DNA of 64,000 nt from Gracilinanus agilis (taxonomy: Eukaryota): NCBI RefSeq assembly GCF_016433145.1, contig NC_058132.1, positions 86,641,166-86,705,165 on the forward strand, written 5' to 3'. Positions 38,779 to 51,467 of this stretch are shown here, piece by piece. Made by a program: the position numbers and the translations under genes. The first letter of the stretch is position 1. Every line of letters starts with the position of its first letter. A model generated the notes under the pieces. That model made no database searches. It was not told the origin of the DNA and was given only the letters and a program-made list of their open reading frames with translations.

Positions 38779-39351
38779 TGTAGGGTACAATGATAGTACC
38801 ATGTGACCCATAGGAATGATTCCCTTTATCTTACTTTCTTCCCCCCTCTATCTCCTGATTTCCTGCCCTTATCTTCTGCTCATCTCCCGAAGGCTGATAT
38901 TTCTACATTGTCCTCAGTGTAGGGAATGATCCTTCCAACTTAGCTCTGGGAGCCCCAATTCTCCTATTGACAGGGTCTCTGGGATATGCTGTTGAAAATA
39001 TTCCTCCTCCTTGGGACTGGTCCCTGGAGCCTTCTGTAGGGAGAAAAGGCCTCATTAGATTTTGTTTGTGTGAGGAGGAAGAAGAAATATTAATTGGTCT
39101 TGTAGGGGTAATACTTTGCCCTCACTAGTCCCTAGGCTGGCAGTGCTAAGACTATGCCCATTAAATACCCCATGCCATTTAGGCCTTGCTGGCAAACCAA
39201 CTTGACACTTACCTGGTGAGTCAGTTACTTTAGGGGTATGATCACAATCTTGTTAAGGGTTGGGCTGGGAGAGGTCCCCAAAATTGTTTCCCTCTGAATC
39301 CCTGAACTCCCTAATCATTCCATGTCCCAGTCTTGGAATCTTATTTCTACA
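38779..39351. mobile_element. Probable solo LTR
   Basis: Starts TGTAGGG, ends TTCTACA; no TSD recognised. Confidence 0.55.
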
Positions 39352-39623
39352 ATGGCCTACTTCTTAACCTTTGAATCCACAGAATCAGTGAGTAATGCAG
39401 TGGATTACCAGATATTAACAAATATCTAGATGTTTGGTTCTGTGTAGAAACAAAGGTCAAAGATCTGGGAATTTATTGTTCTAAATGGACACATACTTAT
39501 GTTCTCTGACAAGGCTTGTTCTAGGATATGGAAGAGGAATGAAGAACTTTTGGCTGAAATAGCCCCTGGAATTCTTATGGAAACTGGTTAGATAGGGATT
39601 TATTTTTCTTTGAAGTCTGAGGG

Positions 39624-39626
<3 letters not shown>

Positions 39627-39676
<50 letters not shown>
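39627..39676. repeat. (TG)n microsatellite
   Basis: Perfect run. Confidence 0.99.
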
Positions 39677-39678
<2 letters not shown>

Positions 39679-40450
39679 GGGGATGACACATTTGGAAGGA
39701 ACTTTGGTCTAAAATGCAAGGACCTAAATAGTTCCTTATTCCTATCACCCTCTAATTTATGGGGCCCCCACCTCATTCTATATGGATTTCCCTTGATCCC
39801 TTATTACATGTCCTTTGACTATATTCTTGGAGGCATGCTAGGTAGAGGCATTTTATATCATATTAGTGCCAGAAGAAGCCAGCAGACCCCAGAGGATTTG
39901 AGGATCGTCTGTGTCATTGGATAGTGATGTGTTTCAGAGATACCAACTGGATCCAAAATGGTTATTAAGTACTTCAGGAATGGGTTCTGTCTCTTCAAGT
40001 TAGTGAAGACTATTCTTCCTTGTTCATTATAAGATTTCCAGTAGTCCCATTACAGATAGTATATACACATGTGCATTCATATATATAGCCTGAGGAGATG
40101 GATATATTAGAGATAAAGGAGGTGGATAATGGAGATGTTGTTGACAAAAGAAAGCAGGAGGAGCATGAGACAAAGTAGGAAGAATAGAGTCATTGTTGGC
40201 CCTTCAGGTTAGAGCAGAAATTTTTGGTAGTCTGCTGACAGGGTAGTTTTATGTAATAAACATCTCAGAATAGTTCACATAAATGCATAAAATAAAATAA
40301 ATAGGATTTCAAAAGAAATAATTATATTAAAATACATTTATTAGGTTGTACTTTCAAAAAGTTCACAAACCCTAAGTTAATAATAATCTAGGTTTCAGTA
40401 ATAATTTCTCATAGTTATTAAGATTTCTTTATTGTCACTGTTCCTTAAAC

Positions 40451-40653
40451 CAGTGATGGGCAAACTTTTTAAAGAGGGGGCCAAAAGAAAGGAAATGCTC
40501 ATCTGTCAGTCTGTTTCTAAGGCAACTCTTTCAAAGTTTTATTGTATTTTACCCTACTCATTGTATTCATCAGATTAGAATTAATGTCCACCACGGGATA
40601 GAACATTTCAGGGGGCTACATCTGGCCCACGCGCTGTAGTTTGCCCATCACTG
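40451..40653. mobile_element. hAT MITE, 203 bp
   Basis: Perfect 16-bp TIR CAGTGATGGGCAAACT and perfect 8-bp TSD CCTTAAAC. Confidence 0.97.
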
Positions 40654-40778
40654 CCTTAAACCCTTGCTTTCAAAATCAATTTTAGGCATTATTGTCGATT
40701 ATTTTCTCACTGTAATTGGTAACCTACTCGAACTGTAGTCTGTCTGTCACCCCGTCAGTTTATTCTCACTCTTTTCAT

Positions 40779-40995
40779 GGTCTTTTCATTAAAATTCCCA
40801 AACCTCTGATTATCCTCACACTGTAATTCCCAGCCTTTCTTTGTCCTCTCACTGTAATTCCTAACTCTCCCCTACTCTTCTCTCAGTAAATCCCAAACCT
40901 CTGATTATCTTCCCATTTCAATTCCCAACTCTTTTATTGTTCTCTCATTGTACTTCTCAATCCTCCATTGTCCTTTCAATGTAATCCCCTGCCCT
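40779..40995. repeat. Degenerate tandem repeat, about 7 units of 31-33 bp
   Basis: Recurring gtcctctcactgtaattcccaa.ctct..tt-like units. Confidence 0.7.
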
Positions 40996-41579
40996 ACAAA
41001 GTCTTTTAACTCTTCCAGGGGATTTTGACCTCCAGAAGTCTCCAATGGTTCAATGTATTCAATTAAACAAGCCTTTATTAAGTACCTATTATGTACAAAG
41101 TATTCTGCTGGGTACTGGGAATACAAAGAAAATAACAAAAAAGACAACCCTTGCCCTTATAGTGGTCTATTGTGTGGTTAGTGGATAGAGTATGAATGAT
41201 GCATAAATAAATAAAAAATAAGCTGAGGAAGAAGAGAATACTAACAGCTAGGAGAGGGATATGGCAAGACTTTAAGGAAGAACTAGAATCTGAACTAATT
41301 CTGAAAGAAAGATAAAGAAAGCAGTATATTCCAGGCATGAGGATATACATGGAAGTAGGAATTAGAATGTTGAATTCTGGGAAAAGCTAGTGTAAAGAAC
41401 CTTGGAACTAAAAGCTGGGTTAACCATTTGTTACCTGTTCCCTTGGCTTACTTAACCTCTTTGGGTCCTACTTTTCTACCTGTATAATGAGAGAATTAGA
41501 CAAAACAATTTCTAAGGTATTTTCTGTCTCAATCTATGAACCTGCCTAGTTGTTCACTTTGATTCATTAAAGGAAGGTG

Positions 41580-44200
41580 TGGGAAATATAGTTAGGGAGG
41601 TAGAGAGAACAGATTTTGGGGCATCTTAAATGCCAGGCTGAGGAGTTTACTTTTTCTCTTAGGCAAACATTGAAGGGTTTTGAGAAGATGAGCAGCATTG
41701 CCACAGATCTCTTAGGAGTATTATTTTGGAAGTCTGTGAAAGAAGGGTTGAAGAGAGAAAGGGTTGGAAATAGGAAAAACCAATTAGGAGGCTATAATGG
41801 ATATCTAGCTGAGAGGTGAGGGTTTGTGCTAGGATAATGGCCATGGGAAATGATCATTAGAATAAAACCTTATGGTAGGAGTGCTAGATTTTTAGTCAGA
41901 AAGTCTAGGCTCAAATTCTGACATCGACACATCATCAATATTATCTTGGGCAAGTCATTTAACCTCTGGTTTTTAGTTTCCACATATATAAAATTAGGAA
42001 ATACAATTAAATAACTGTGATTTCTAGCTCTAAATATATTACTCTGTGATCCTGCAACTTGGCAGTTACAAGTGATTTCATAACCTTAGAAAAGTTTCAG
42101 TTAAGTGATTTGGTCAGAAGCCATATTATAAGAGGCTGAGAAACGAGTGGGAAGTGAGGAAGTATAGTGAATATGGATTTTTCTTTCTAGAAGTTTGATA
42201 ATAAAAGAGAGAGGTGATTTGAGAATTTGAGGGGTTTTCAGTTTTTTAAGATTATAGACTTAGCTATCTATGAGAAAATAAGGAAGGGACCAATAAATAA
42301 AGGTTAAATAAGAGAAAAAACAAGGCATATTGATGGAAAATTTCTTTCTAAGTGAAAGGGGAGAGGATGGGATCAAATGCAGGAGTAGAAGTATTCACTT
42401 TGACAAGGAGAAAAGCTAACTTTTCTTCAGAGACCAGAGTTAAGAAAAATAGCATGAAGATATAAAGGGTTTGGAGGTTGTGGAATGGGAAAATGAAGGG
42501 ATTTTTGAAGACCTCAATTTTAACAGTAAATTAAAAGGTGAGGAAGTCTGAGAGAGGTGTGGTGAAATAGAATGGGAATTATAGAAGGACAGAGAAAGTT
42601 TTAAAAGACAATAGCTACTGAGGAAAGTAGGATAAAGAATCAATCAAGAAAGAATAAAATGCCATTCAGTAGAGAAGACTCATTTGGGATGAGATATTTG
42701 TAGTAAACTCAGTTAACATGGTGATACGACTATTTCTAACAGCATTCATTAGCTTACAGGTAGGAGGAGAGAAGGTAGATGGAGGGAGTGATTTAGGATT
42801 GAAGACTGAATTTGGATCAGGGAATCAAGGGCAGATGGCAATATGTTCAGTTGATTGCATTTGGGATCAGTACCTTGAAAAGAGGAAAGTGAGACCAGAG
42901 TAGGAGTGATGGACCAGGTGAACAGAAAGTGTTGGAGTCATTGGAGACTTCAATAATGGAGGGAAGGTTTAAGCATTTATACAGCATTATGTGCCTTAAC
43001 TATGCTAAGCACTTTAATGAATATTAGTTCATTTGATCTTCACAATAACCCTGAGAGATAAGTACAGATTATTGCTACTATTTTATAATCAAGGAAACTG
43101 AGACAGAGGTTAAGTGGCTTATCCAGAGTCACACAGCTGGTGATTGTGATTGTCTGAGGTTAGATTTGAATTCTGGTCTTCATGATTCTAGGCCCAGTGC
43201 TCTATCATTGAGAATGAAAGAAGAGGAATGGAGAGGTAGAGATAGATAGGGAAATAAGAATTTATGATGAGAGAAGGGAATTTAAAAGATTAAAATCAGG
43301 AACAGTTATGGGTGATAGGGGGATGAAAGGTATGACTATTCACGTGGGTAATTAAGGGACAGTAAAAATGGAAGTTATAATTGTTAGAGAGCTAAATGGA
43401 CAAGGAGTCTAGGTTTGAAGGGAGATATTGAAGTTGTCAAATATAAAGGCATATGATGGGGAAGAGAGGAAGCTAGTGATCCATTTGCTGAATCCCTTGA
43501 AATGGGAAGGGAAGGAACCATTTAGAGATTACTGGATAAATAGATAAATGGAACAAAACTGAAAGGAAGAGAGTTTAATGAGGGTCAATGGCAGAGATAG
43601 AATATAGAAATGACCATGCAGTGTGAGAAAAGTCTATGAATTCTTCCTTCTGATCCACCGTTGTTGTTTTTTTTTTATGAGACTGACATGGTTGATCTCA
43701 TGTTTTAGGGATCTCAGTTTGGCAGTTGAATGAAGGATGGATTGAAGAAGCAACTAGTGAGGAAGCTATTGCAGTAGCCCAGGCAAAAGGTGATGCCACC
43801 TGATCTTGGATGGTTGTGGTGTGAGTGGTGGAAGGGGACAGAAACAAAATCTGCTTGGGGATGCAGTTGACAAAACCTGGAAACTGATAAAATATATGAG
43901 GAGAAACAGGGAAGAGTCAAGGATCCCTTTGAAGTTGCAAACATGGGTGACTGGGAGGATGGTGATTACCTTAATATAAATGGTGAAATTAGAAGAATGG
44001 GTTTCTGCAAAAAAAAGGTGATGAATTGTGTTTGAGATGCTGAAAAGCCTTCTAGGTGAATATAGTCAGAAATAGTCGATAATGAGGGATTGGAGCTCAG
44101 GAGAGATATTAGGTTTAGATCTATAGATCTGAGAGTCTTCTGCAGAGAGGTGGTAATTGAACCCATGAGAGCTGAGATCCTCAAGAGGGAGGGTACAGAG
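41580..44200 (-). mobile_element. Long decayed L2 LINE with a nested MIR (about 42960-43210)
   Basis: Purine-rich + strand with L2 signatures (aatgccaggctgaggagtttac, ttgagatgc, gagatttgagagtc-like). Confidence 0.65.
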
Positions 44201-44253
44201 AGAAAGACATAGATAATTCTTAAAACTAATTCTTTTGAGTTCTGACCAGTATC

Positions 44254-44329
<76 letters not shown>

Positions 44330-44346
44330 CATCTCATCTCATCTCT
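44254..44346. repeat. (ATCT)n followed by (ATCTC)n
   Basis: Direct reading. Confidence 0.98.
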
Positions 44347-44539
44347 TTCTTTCTCTTTGACACATGCTAGTTATATATATATGTTTTGGTTGTTGATATC
44401 TATTAGTGGGGGAATTTGCACATCTGGTATCATCTATGCAATCATAAGGCTGGATGAAAAGTGTGCAAAAGACACTGGACAAATAAGATAAAGTAGAATT
44501 GATTTTCAATAAACTTACTTTCCACTGGAGAGAGGATGC

Positions 44540-46340
44540 AACACTTATAGAAATAAATCTATTATAAGGGTTAGGGTGACTCTTGAACTGTACTGAAGGA
44601 AGGCAAGAATTCTGAGAGGTAGATATGAAAAGAGAGTGTATTCCAAACATGATGGACAACTTTTGCAAATTCAAGGAGGTGGGAGATGGAATGAAAAGTT
44701 CTGGAGGTCCAGTTTGGTTGGAACCTAGAGTTTGTGGAGGGTAGATAATAATATAATATGTATTATATGTAACATTATATATAATAATCTCATAAGGCTA
44801 GAAATAGTAGTGGGAATCATATTGTGAAGTGTCTTAAATACTACTCTGAAGAGTGTGTTTTATTTGATAAGTAACAAACAATCACTAAAAATTGTAAGCA
44901 TGGAAATGATATGGTCAGACTTCTGCCTTAGGAAGGTAATTTTGGTAACTATAGAGAATAGTTTGGAGAGAGAGGAGACTGTAAGAGGCATATTATACTA
45001 GTCTAGGTGACTGATAATAATGTCTTTAGGGTAATGGCAGTATTATTAGAGAGAAGAAGACAAATGGAATTGGTGTTGTGGGGGTAGGCTTGACAAGACT
45101 GGCAATTTAGGGACTAGCACAGTGCTCTGTTTACAGTGTAGATGCTTAAGCAATATTTGTTGAATGCATGAATGAATGCTCAGCTCTGTGTTTGGTCCAT
45201 GGGGTTCAAAAGAAAAAAACATATGGTAATTACCCTTATGATACTTGTGGACCTATGCCAAACAGATGTGAATATAGGAGACGAGAGAGGAATGAACTCA
45301 GGCTGACTCCAAGTTAACTTATATGAAAGGAAGTATGATGCACTTCCCCCAGAAATAATAAAGTGTGAATGTGATTATCCAATTGGTCACCTGCCTGCTT
45401 GATTCTCCCTCAATATCACCTTAGAACTGTGTTCCTTTATCTCTATTCCCAGTAAAATCATTCTATATAGCTTCTCATTATCACCTTCCCAGGTGATTTT
45501 AATTATCTTCTAACAATTATTCCCATCTAGACAAACTCCTTACTTCAAACCATTCTTCATACCATTGCCAGAATAACTTTTCTTATGTATATTAAGAAAT
45601 CTGCACTTAAGTCCTTCCTAAGACATCAATTTAAGTTTCTAAGTTCCCAGGCAAATTTTTAAGATTATACCGATAAACAGCTGGTCTGTTTTGATGGAAA
45701 GAGTTTCCACTCATGGAGTTTCCTATTCTGATATAATCATAGCTCCTTATCCTTTCTACCCCTCCAATGCCTCCCCCATATAAATTATAGATTTGGTTAT
45801 ATTAATTTGGATTATGACCCTATCACCCACTGAATAAGGTTCAATCTCCTCTGCCTGGGATTTAAAGTCTCCCTGTCTTTCCAGCCATAATGTGTATCTC
45901 TCCTTTTCACACATTATACATTCAGATAGAACTGATATATTTTGCCCTTCAAATATAACTTTTGACTTCTCACTATGTCCTGGCTCATATTGTTTCTTAT
46001 GTTTGGAATGTCCCCCTTTCATGTATTGAATTCTTATCCATTTTGTAAAGCTCAATTCAATTGTCACCTCATCCCTAGACTTCTTAATGATCGTCCTCCT
46101 TAAAGTCTTCATATCTCTTTATTTGGTATCTCTCTAAAGAGTTATCACATGGTACTATGTTTGTACATATGTATGTACATATCACATGGTACACATGGTT
46201 ATCTGTGCTGGCGTCTTCTTTATTTACTAGACTATAAACTCACTGAGGCCAGGTCCCCTGTCTTATATAAACTTTGAATCTCACCTATTGTCTAGCACTG
46301 TGCTCTGTTCACAATGTAGACGCTTAAGAAATGTTTATTG
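44540..46340. mobile_element. L2 fragments in both orientations
   Basis: L2 3'-end motifs (tgcttaagcaatatttgttgaat, actagactataaactcactgagg). Confidence 0.6.
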
Positions 46341-46914
46341 AATACCTGTGTCACTTGGTCCACCGAGTCTGAAAGAATAAAATATACAGATATTACTCTA
46401 ATGATATTGTTTGTGGATCTAAGACAAATATGTGAACCAGCATGGAAAACCATACAAGGCAGTGTATGTTTGAGGGACCAGATAAGTATCCATTCTCAAG
46501 GACAAAGCAGAATTAAGACTTTTGGGTAATCAAGTGAGGTTTGGAGACCCAAATGGCTCTCTGAAATCAAGGACAATGTGGAGGCTGGGAGTCCAAAATG
46601 CATTTAATTCTAGTCACTTGTGTGTGTCTTATCCCTTTTCTTACTGGAGAGTAAGTTTCATGAAGGCAGGGATTATGTCTAATAAACCTTTCTTTTCCCC
46701 AAAGGGCCCTGCATTACTTTTTGGGGCAGATAAATGGATGAGTTACTAGATAAATTATAGGACATAAAAAGAAAGAGACATACGTTCTCAAGGAACTTAA
46801 ATTTCACATGAGAAATGCTCACTGATTAGTTCTGTGTGGGCAAAGCTGGGATCTTTAACCCCTTTGGGGATGGACTTTGGATATAACATGTTAAATTCCT
46901 GATCCCTGTTTTAA

Positions 46915-46935
46915 CCTGATTGCCTTTCTTTTCAG
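46915..46935 (+). promoter_or_regulatory. Splice acceptor upstream of the OR at 46983
   Basis: ctgattgcctttcttttcAG, then a 47-nt UTR and Kozak cccgccATG. Confidence 0.7.
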
Positions 46936-46982
46936 GGGCTTGATGGCTTTATTGGGTTGGGAACTGTGGCTGCCTGCCCGCC

Positions 46983-47933
46983 ATGATGTCTCTAAATGAC
47001 ACCAGCTTCCCATCCACATTTTTCCTGGCTGGTATACCGGGTCTGGCTTCTGCACACACTTGGATTTCACTTCCCTTCTTCTCCATGTTCTTCATGGCTG
47101 TGACTGGGAATTGCATCCTCCTCTTCCTCATCTTCACGGATCGTAATCTCCACCAGCCCATGTTCTTCTTTCTTTCCATGCTCTCCTTTGTTGACCTGGT
47201 CCTTTCTCTTTCCACCCTGCCCAAGATGCTCACCATCTTCTGGTTTGATGCCACAGCCATCAGCATCCATGCCTGCCTCATCCAAATGTTCTTCATCCAT
47301 GCTTTCTCTGCTATGGAATCAGGGGTGCTGGTGGCGATGGCACTGGATCGCTACGTGGCCATCTGTAACCCACTGCGTTACTCTTCTATTCTCACCCCAG
47401 TGGTCATCGCCCAAATCGGTGGACTAGTGGTGTTTCGGGGCATCGGACTCACCGTCTCCTTCCCGAGCCTGGCTCGACGTCTGCCCTACTGTAGGTCACA
47501 CGTCATTGCCTATACCTATTGTGAGCACATGGCGGTGGTGAAACTGGCCTGTGGGGACACCACCGTGGATAACATCAATGCCTTCGTTGTGGCACTCTTC
47601 CTGGGGATTGGTGATGTAGCTTTCATCGCTTACTCCTACGGCCGTATCCTACAGACAGTATTGAATTTCCCATCCCGTGAGGCACGGGCCAAGGCAGGGA
47701 GTACATGCACTGCCCACGTGATTGTTATTCTTTTCTTTTACATGCCAGGTTTCCTGTCTGTTATTATGCAGCGCTTTGGACCACCCACAGCCTCTGCAGC
47801 CAAAGTCATCTTTGCCAATCTCTACCTGCTCTTTCCACCTGCTCTCAACCCTATTATCTATGGGGTCAAGACAAAGCAGATCCGGGAGAGGTTGCTCATG
47901 ATCCTGAATCCCAAGCAGATTGATCCCACCTAA
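46983..47933 (+). CDS. Class I olfactory receptor, family 52 (tentatively OR52X1-like), 316 aa, intact
   Basis: LHQPMF, MALDRYVAICNPLRY, YTYCEHMAVVKLACG, KAGSTCTAH, QRFG, PPALNPIIYGVKTKQIR; resembles recalled mouse Olfr686/Or52x1 and lies next to OR52L1 as in mouse. Confidence 0.97.
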   Translation: MMSLNDTSFPSTFFLAGIPGLASAHTWISLPFFSMFFMAVTGNCILLFLIFTDRNLHQPMFFFLSMLSFVDLVLSLSTLPKMLTIFWFDATAISIHACLIQMFFIHAFSAMESGVLVAMALDRYVAICNPLRYSSILTPVVIAQIGGLVVFRGIGLTVSFPSLARRLPYCRSHVIAYTYCEHMAVVKLACGDTTVDNINAFVVALFLGIGDVAFIAYSYGRILQTVLNFPSREARAKAGSTCTAHVIVILFFYMPGFLSVIMQRFGPPTASAAKVIFANLYLLFPPALNPIIYGVKTKQIRERLLMILNPKQIDPT

Positions 47934-48121
47934 GTTGTATCTTCCTTTTTCTGGGATTTAGCAGGAGTATTGTGGAGGTTCCATCCTGGTAGAATGGGAC
48001 ACCCAAAGAAGGAAAGAAGAATTATGGCATATTAGTATATCTGTGCCCTTTGGCAAAGAGAGGACTCAATGATGTTGCAATGAGAAAGACTCAGGTTACA
48101 TATTGGGAATATTCTATAGAT

Positions 48122-48313
48122 CAGTGGTTCCCAAACTTTTTTGGCCTACCACCCCCTTTACAGAAAAAATATTACTTAGCGCCCCCTGGAAATTATGAAA
48201 CTATTTATTGAACTCAGAGTAGAATGTAATACAAAAACAGTGTGGCCATCACTGCTTCCCTGGATCACTGCAGCACCCACCAGGGGGCGGTGGTGCCCAC
48301 TTTGGGAATCACT
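48122..48313. mobile_element. hAT (Charlie-like) MITE, about 192 bp
   Basis: TIRs CAGTGGTTCCCAAA / TTTGGGAATCACT; TSD ctatagat / ctatagag (7/8). Confidence 0.9.
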
Positions 48314-49289
48314 CTATAGAGGGTCAATGTAGTTAGGTATTAGAGAAAATGTCTGAGAGAGGCTAGGAATCTATTATCAATCAACCAATAAATCAATATT
48401 GAGAAGCTTCTATGTGTCTATCTCTATACTTGGTGCTCTTATGGAATAATATGATGTGGACCTTATAGCCAATCTGGGAGTAATGCACAGAAATCAATTA
48501 GGATATAGTCAAGTGATACTAATAGATAATACTAACTATGAATGCAATTGAGTTCAGGGATAGGAGTGCTAATAATTCTATATCTATTTTTATCTACAGT
48601 TTGTGAAAGGCTTTCTTTAAAACTACTCAGTGAGATATATAGTGCAAGTATTATCTTCCCTCTTTCATGATAAGGAAATTGCTTGCATTACTTGTCCATA
48701 CAGTTAAATGTTAGAACAGTGATTTGAATCTAATTTCTCTCTGCTAATTTACTGTTGTTTCAAATATACCACATTGTATGGCATCTCACTTTAGGGATTT
48801 AAAAAATGATATCCTTCTCCTCCTCCTGTCTTAAGGACAGAATTTGTATAACAACTTCAGAACAGAAAGGGTAGACTTTATTACAAAGATAACTTGGGGT
48901 TAAGTCGATATAAACATAAAACTCCACCACTACAGGTCAAAACTGCACCTTTTCCTTTCTGTAATATATAAATATCCTAATCAAAGGACGAAATTCTTTG
49001 TAAACTCTATAATTTTCTTGATCTTGACTCCTGAAAGGGTTCTCCTCAATAATCCTCATTCATTCCAAACAATTCATCTCAACCTTCTTTATTATTCACC
49101 ATCATCATCACTACAATCATCATATCCATCACTATCTTCAAGGAATCATATAATCTCACAATTGGAAGGGACTTCTGATGCTATTTAGTTAAAATTATAT
49201 GTAAACAGAAATCCTTTCTAAAAAATATTCAGTAAGTGGTCACTTATCTTTTGCTTAAAGACTTCCAGTCATCAAAACAACCTGTTAGA

Positions 49290-49500
49290 GGCCACTAGGT
49301 GGCTCAGTGGATAGAAAGCCAGGCCTGGAGATGGGAGATAGATCCTGAGTTCAAATTTGACTTGAGACCTTTCCTAGCTGTGTATTCTTGGGGACGTCCC
49401 TTAACTCCATTTACCTAGCCTTTATTGCTCTTCTGCCTTGGAAATGGTACTTAGTATTGATTCTAAGAAAGAAGGTAAGGATTTTAAAAACAAACAAAAA
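49290..49500 (+). mobile_element. SINE1_Mdo-related SINE
   Basis: ctaggtggctcagtggatagaaagccaggcctggagatggg...gaaggtaagg.ttttaaaaa tail; inserted at aaaacaa in the L1. Confidence 0.85.
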
Positions 49501-49974
49501 AACAATCTGGTACTGGTTAAGAAATAGAGTAGAGGATCAGTGGAATAGATTAGACACTCAACACACATGAGTAAATGATCATACTCCAATATTTGATGAA
49601 ACCAAAGATTAAAGCTTTTAGAAGAAGAGCTCACCATTCAACAAAAATTTCTGGGAAAACTGGAAAACAATATGGCAGAAATGAGGCACAGACCAACACC
49701 TCACACCATATACCTAGATAAAATAAAAATGGGTAGATAATTTAGAAATAAAGGATGATACCATAAATAAATTAGGAGGGGTGGGGAACTGTTTACCTGT
49801 TAACTTGGTGTATAAAGGAAGAATTTGTAACATTACAAGATATAAAATGGACAACTTTGGCTACATTAAATAAAATGGTTTTGTATAAACAAACTCAATG
49901 CAACCAAGATTAGAAGGGAAACAAAAAACTAAAAATTTTTTTTAGGAAATGTTTCTGACAAAAGTCTCATTTTT

Positions 49975-50175
49975 TTAAATTTAAAAACCCTTACCTTTGT
50001 CTTGGAGTCAATACTGTGTATTGGCTCTAAGGCAGAACATTGGTAAGGGCTAGGCAATGGGGCTCAAGTGACTTGCCCAGGGTCACACAGCTGTGAAGTG
50101 TCTGAGGCCAGATTTGAACCTAGGACCTCCCATCTCTAGGCCTGGCTCTCAATCCACTGTACTACCCAGCTGCCC
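49975..50175 (-). mobile_element. SINE1_Mdo
   Basis: aaacccttacctttgtcttggagtcaatactgtgtattggctc...ctacccagctgcccc; approximate TSD ctcattttt/cttattttt. Confidence 0.9.
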
Positions 50176-51467
50176 CTTATTTTTCAAATATATAGAGAAC
50201 CACAATAAATTTATGACGCAAAGCATTCACCAATTGACAAATGGTCAAAAGATATGAATAAGCAATTCTCAGATGAAATTCAAACTATTTTTAGTCACAT
50301 AAAACACTACAAATCACTATTAATCAGAGGAATACAAATTAAAACAACTCTGAGGTACCACCTTACACCTATCAGACTGGTTAATATGACAAAAATGGAA
50401 ATGATAAATGTTGGGGGGGGATGTGGTAAAAAATAGGTCACTACTATGCTGTTGTTGGAGCTGGGAACTAATCCAACCATTTTGAATAGCAATCTTGAAC
50501 CATGCCCAAAGGACCATACAACTGGGCATATCCTTTTCCTAAGCAAAACCACTATTTATATATGGGATACTACTATATCTCAAAGCAACCAAAGATAGGG
50601 GAAAAGGACCTTCTTGTACAAAAATATTCATAGCAGGTCTTTTTATGGTGGCAAAGAACTAGAAACTGTAGGAATGCCCATCAGTTGGGGAATGGCTGAA
50701 CAAATTGTAGTACATGATGTAATGGAATACTATTGTGCTATAAGAAATGATGAACAGGATGGGTTCAGAAAAACCTCGAAAGACTTCTCTGAAGTGATGC
50801 AATGTGAAGTAAGCAGAAACAGGGGAACAGTGTATCCAAAAACAGCAATAATGTAGAATGATCAACTATGAATGAATTAACTATTATTAGCAATGCAAGG
50901 ATCCAGGACAACCTAAAGGAACTCATGACAAAAAACTCTATCTACTGCTAGAGAAGAGTTTGACAAAGTCTGAATTCAGATCGAAGCAGGCCATTCTTCA
51001 CTTTATTTCCTCCATGAATATTTCTTTATGGTAAGCAATATGTGTCTTCTTTCACAACATGATGAATGTGGAAATATGTATTATGTGATAATACTTATAC
51101 AACCTATATCATATTACCTGCTATCTTGGGAAGAGAGGAGCGGGGGAAAGGAGGCAGAGATTATGGATTGCAAAATGTCAGAAAAAAAGATTATTTAGAA
51201 TTGTATTTACATGTAAAAAGCAAAATTAAATTAAAAAATAAAAATAAAAATGTTTAAAAAATATATCCAGTGAGGTGGAGAGGAGGGTGAGCTTGTTATT
51301 CTTTAAAACTAAATCTTTCATTTTTCATTGGTTATCTTTAGTCATATAAAAATGCTCCAAATTAATTAGAGGAATGCTGATTAAAACAACTCTGAGGTAG
51401 TACCTCACACCTATCAGACTGGTTAATATAAAAAAAAATGAAAATGATGAATGTTGGATGGAATGTG

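Larger units (their letters stand above)
49268..51255 (+). mobile_element. 5'-truncated L1 (ORF2 C-terminus and 3' UTR) carrying two SINE insertions
   Basis: KTIWYWLRNR..DQWNR and LRYHLTPIRL peptides; A-rich 3' end; flanked by ccagt in a split L3/MIR3 fragment. Confidence 0.9.
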
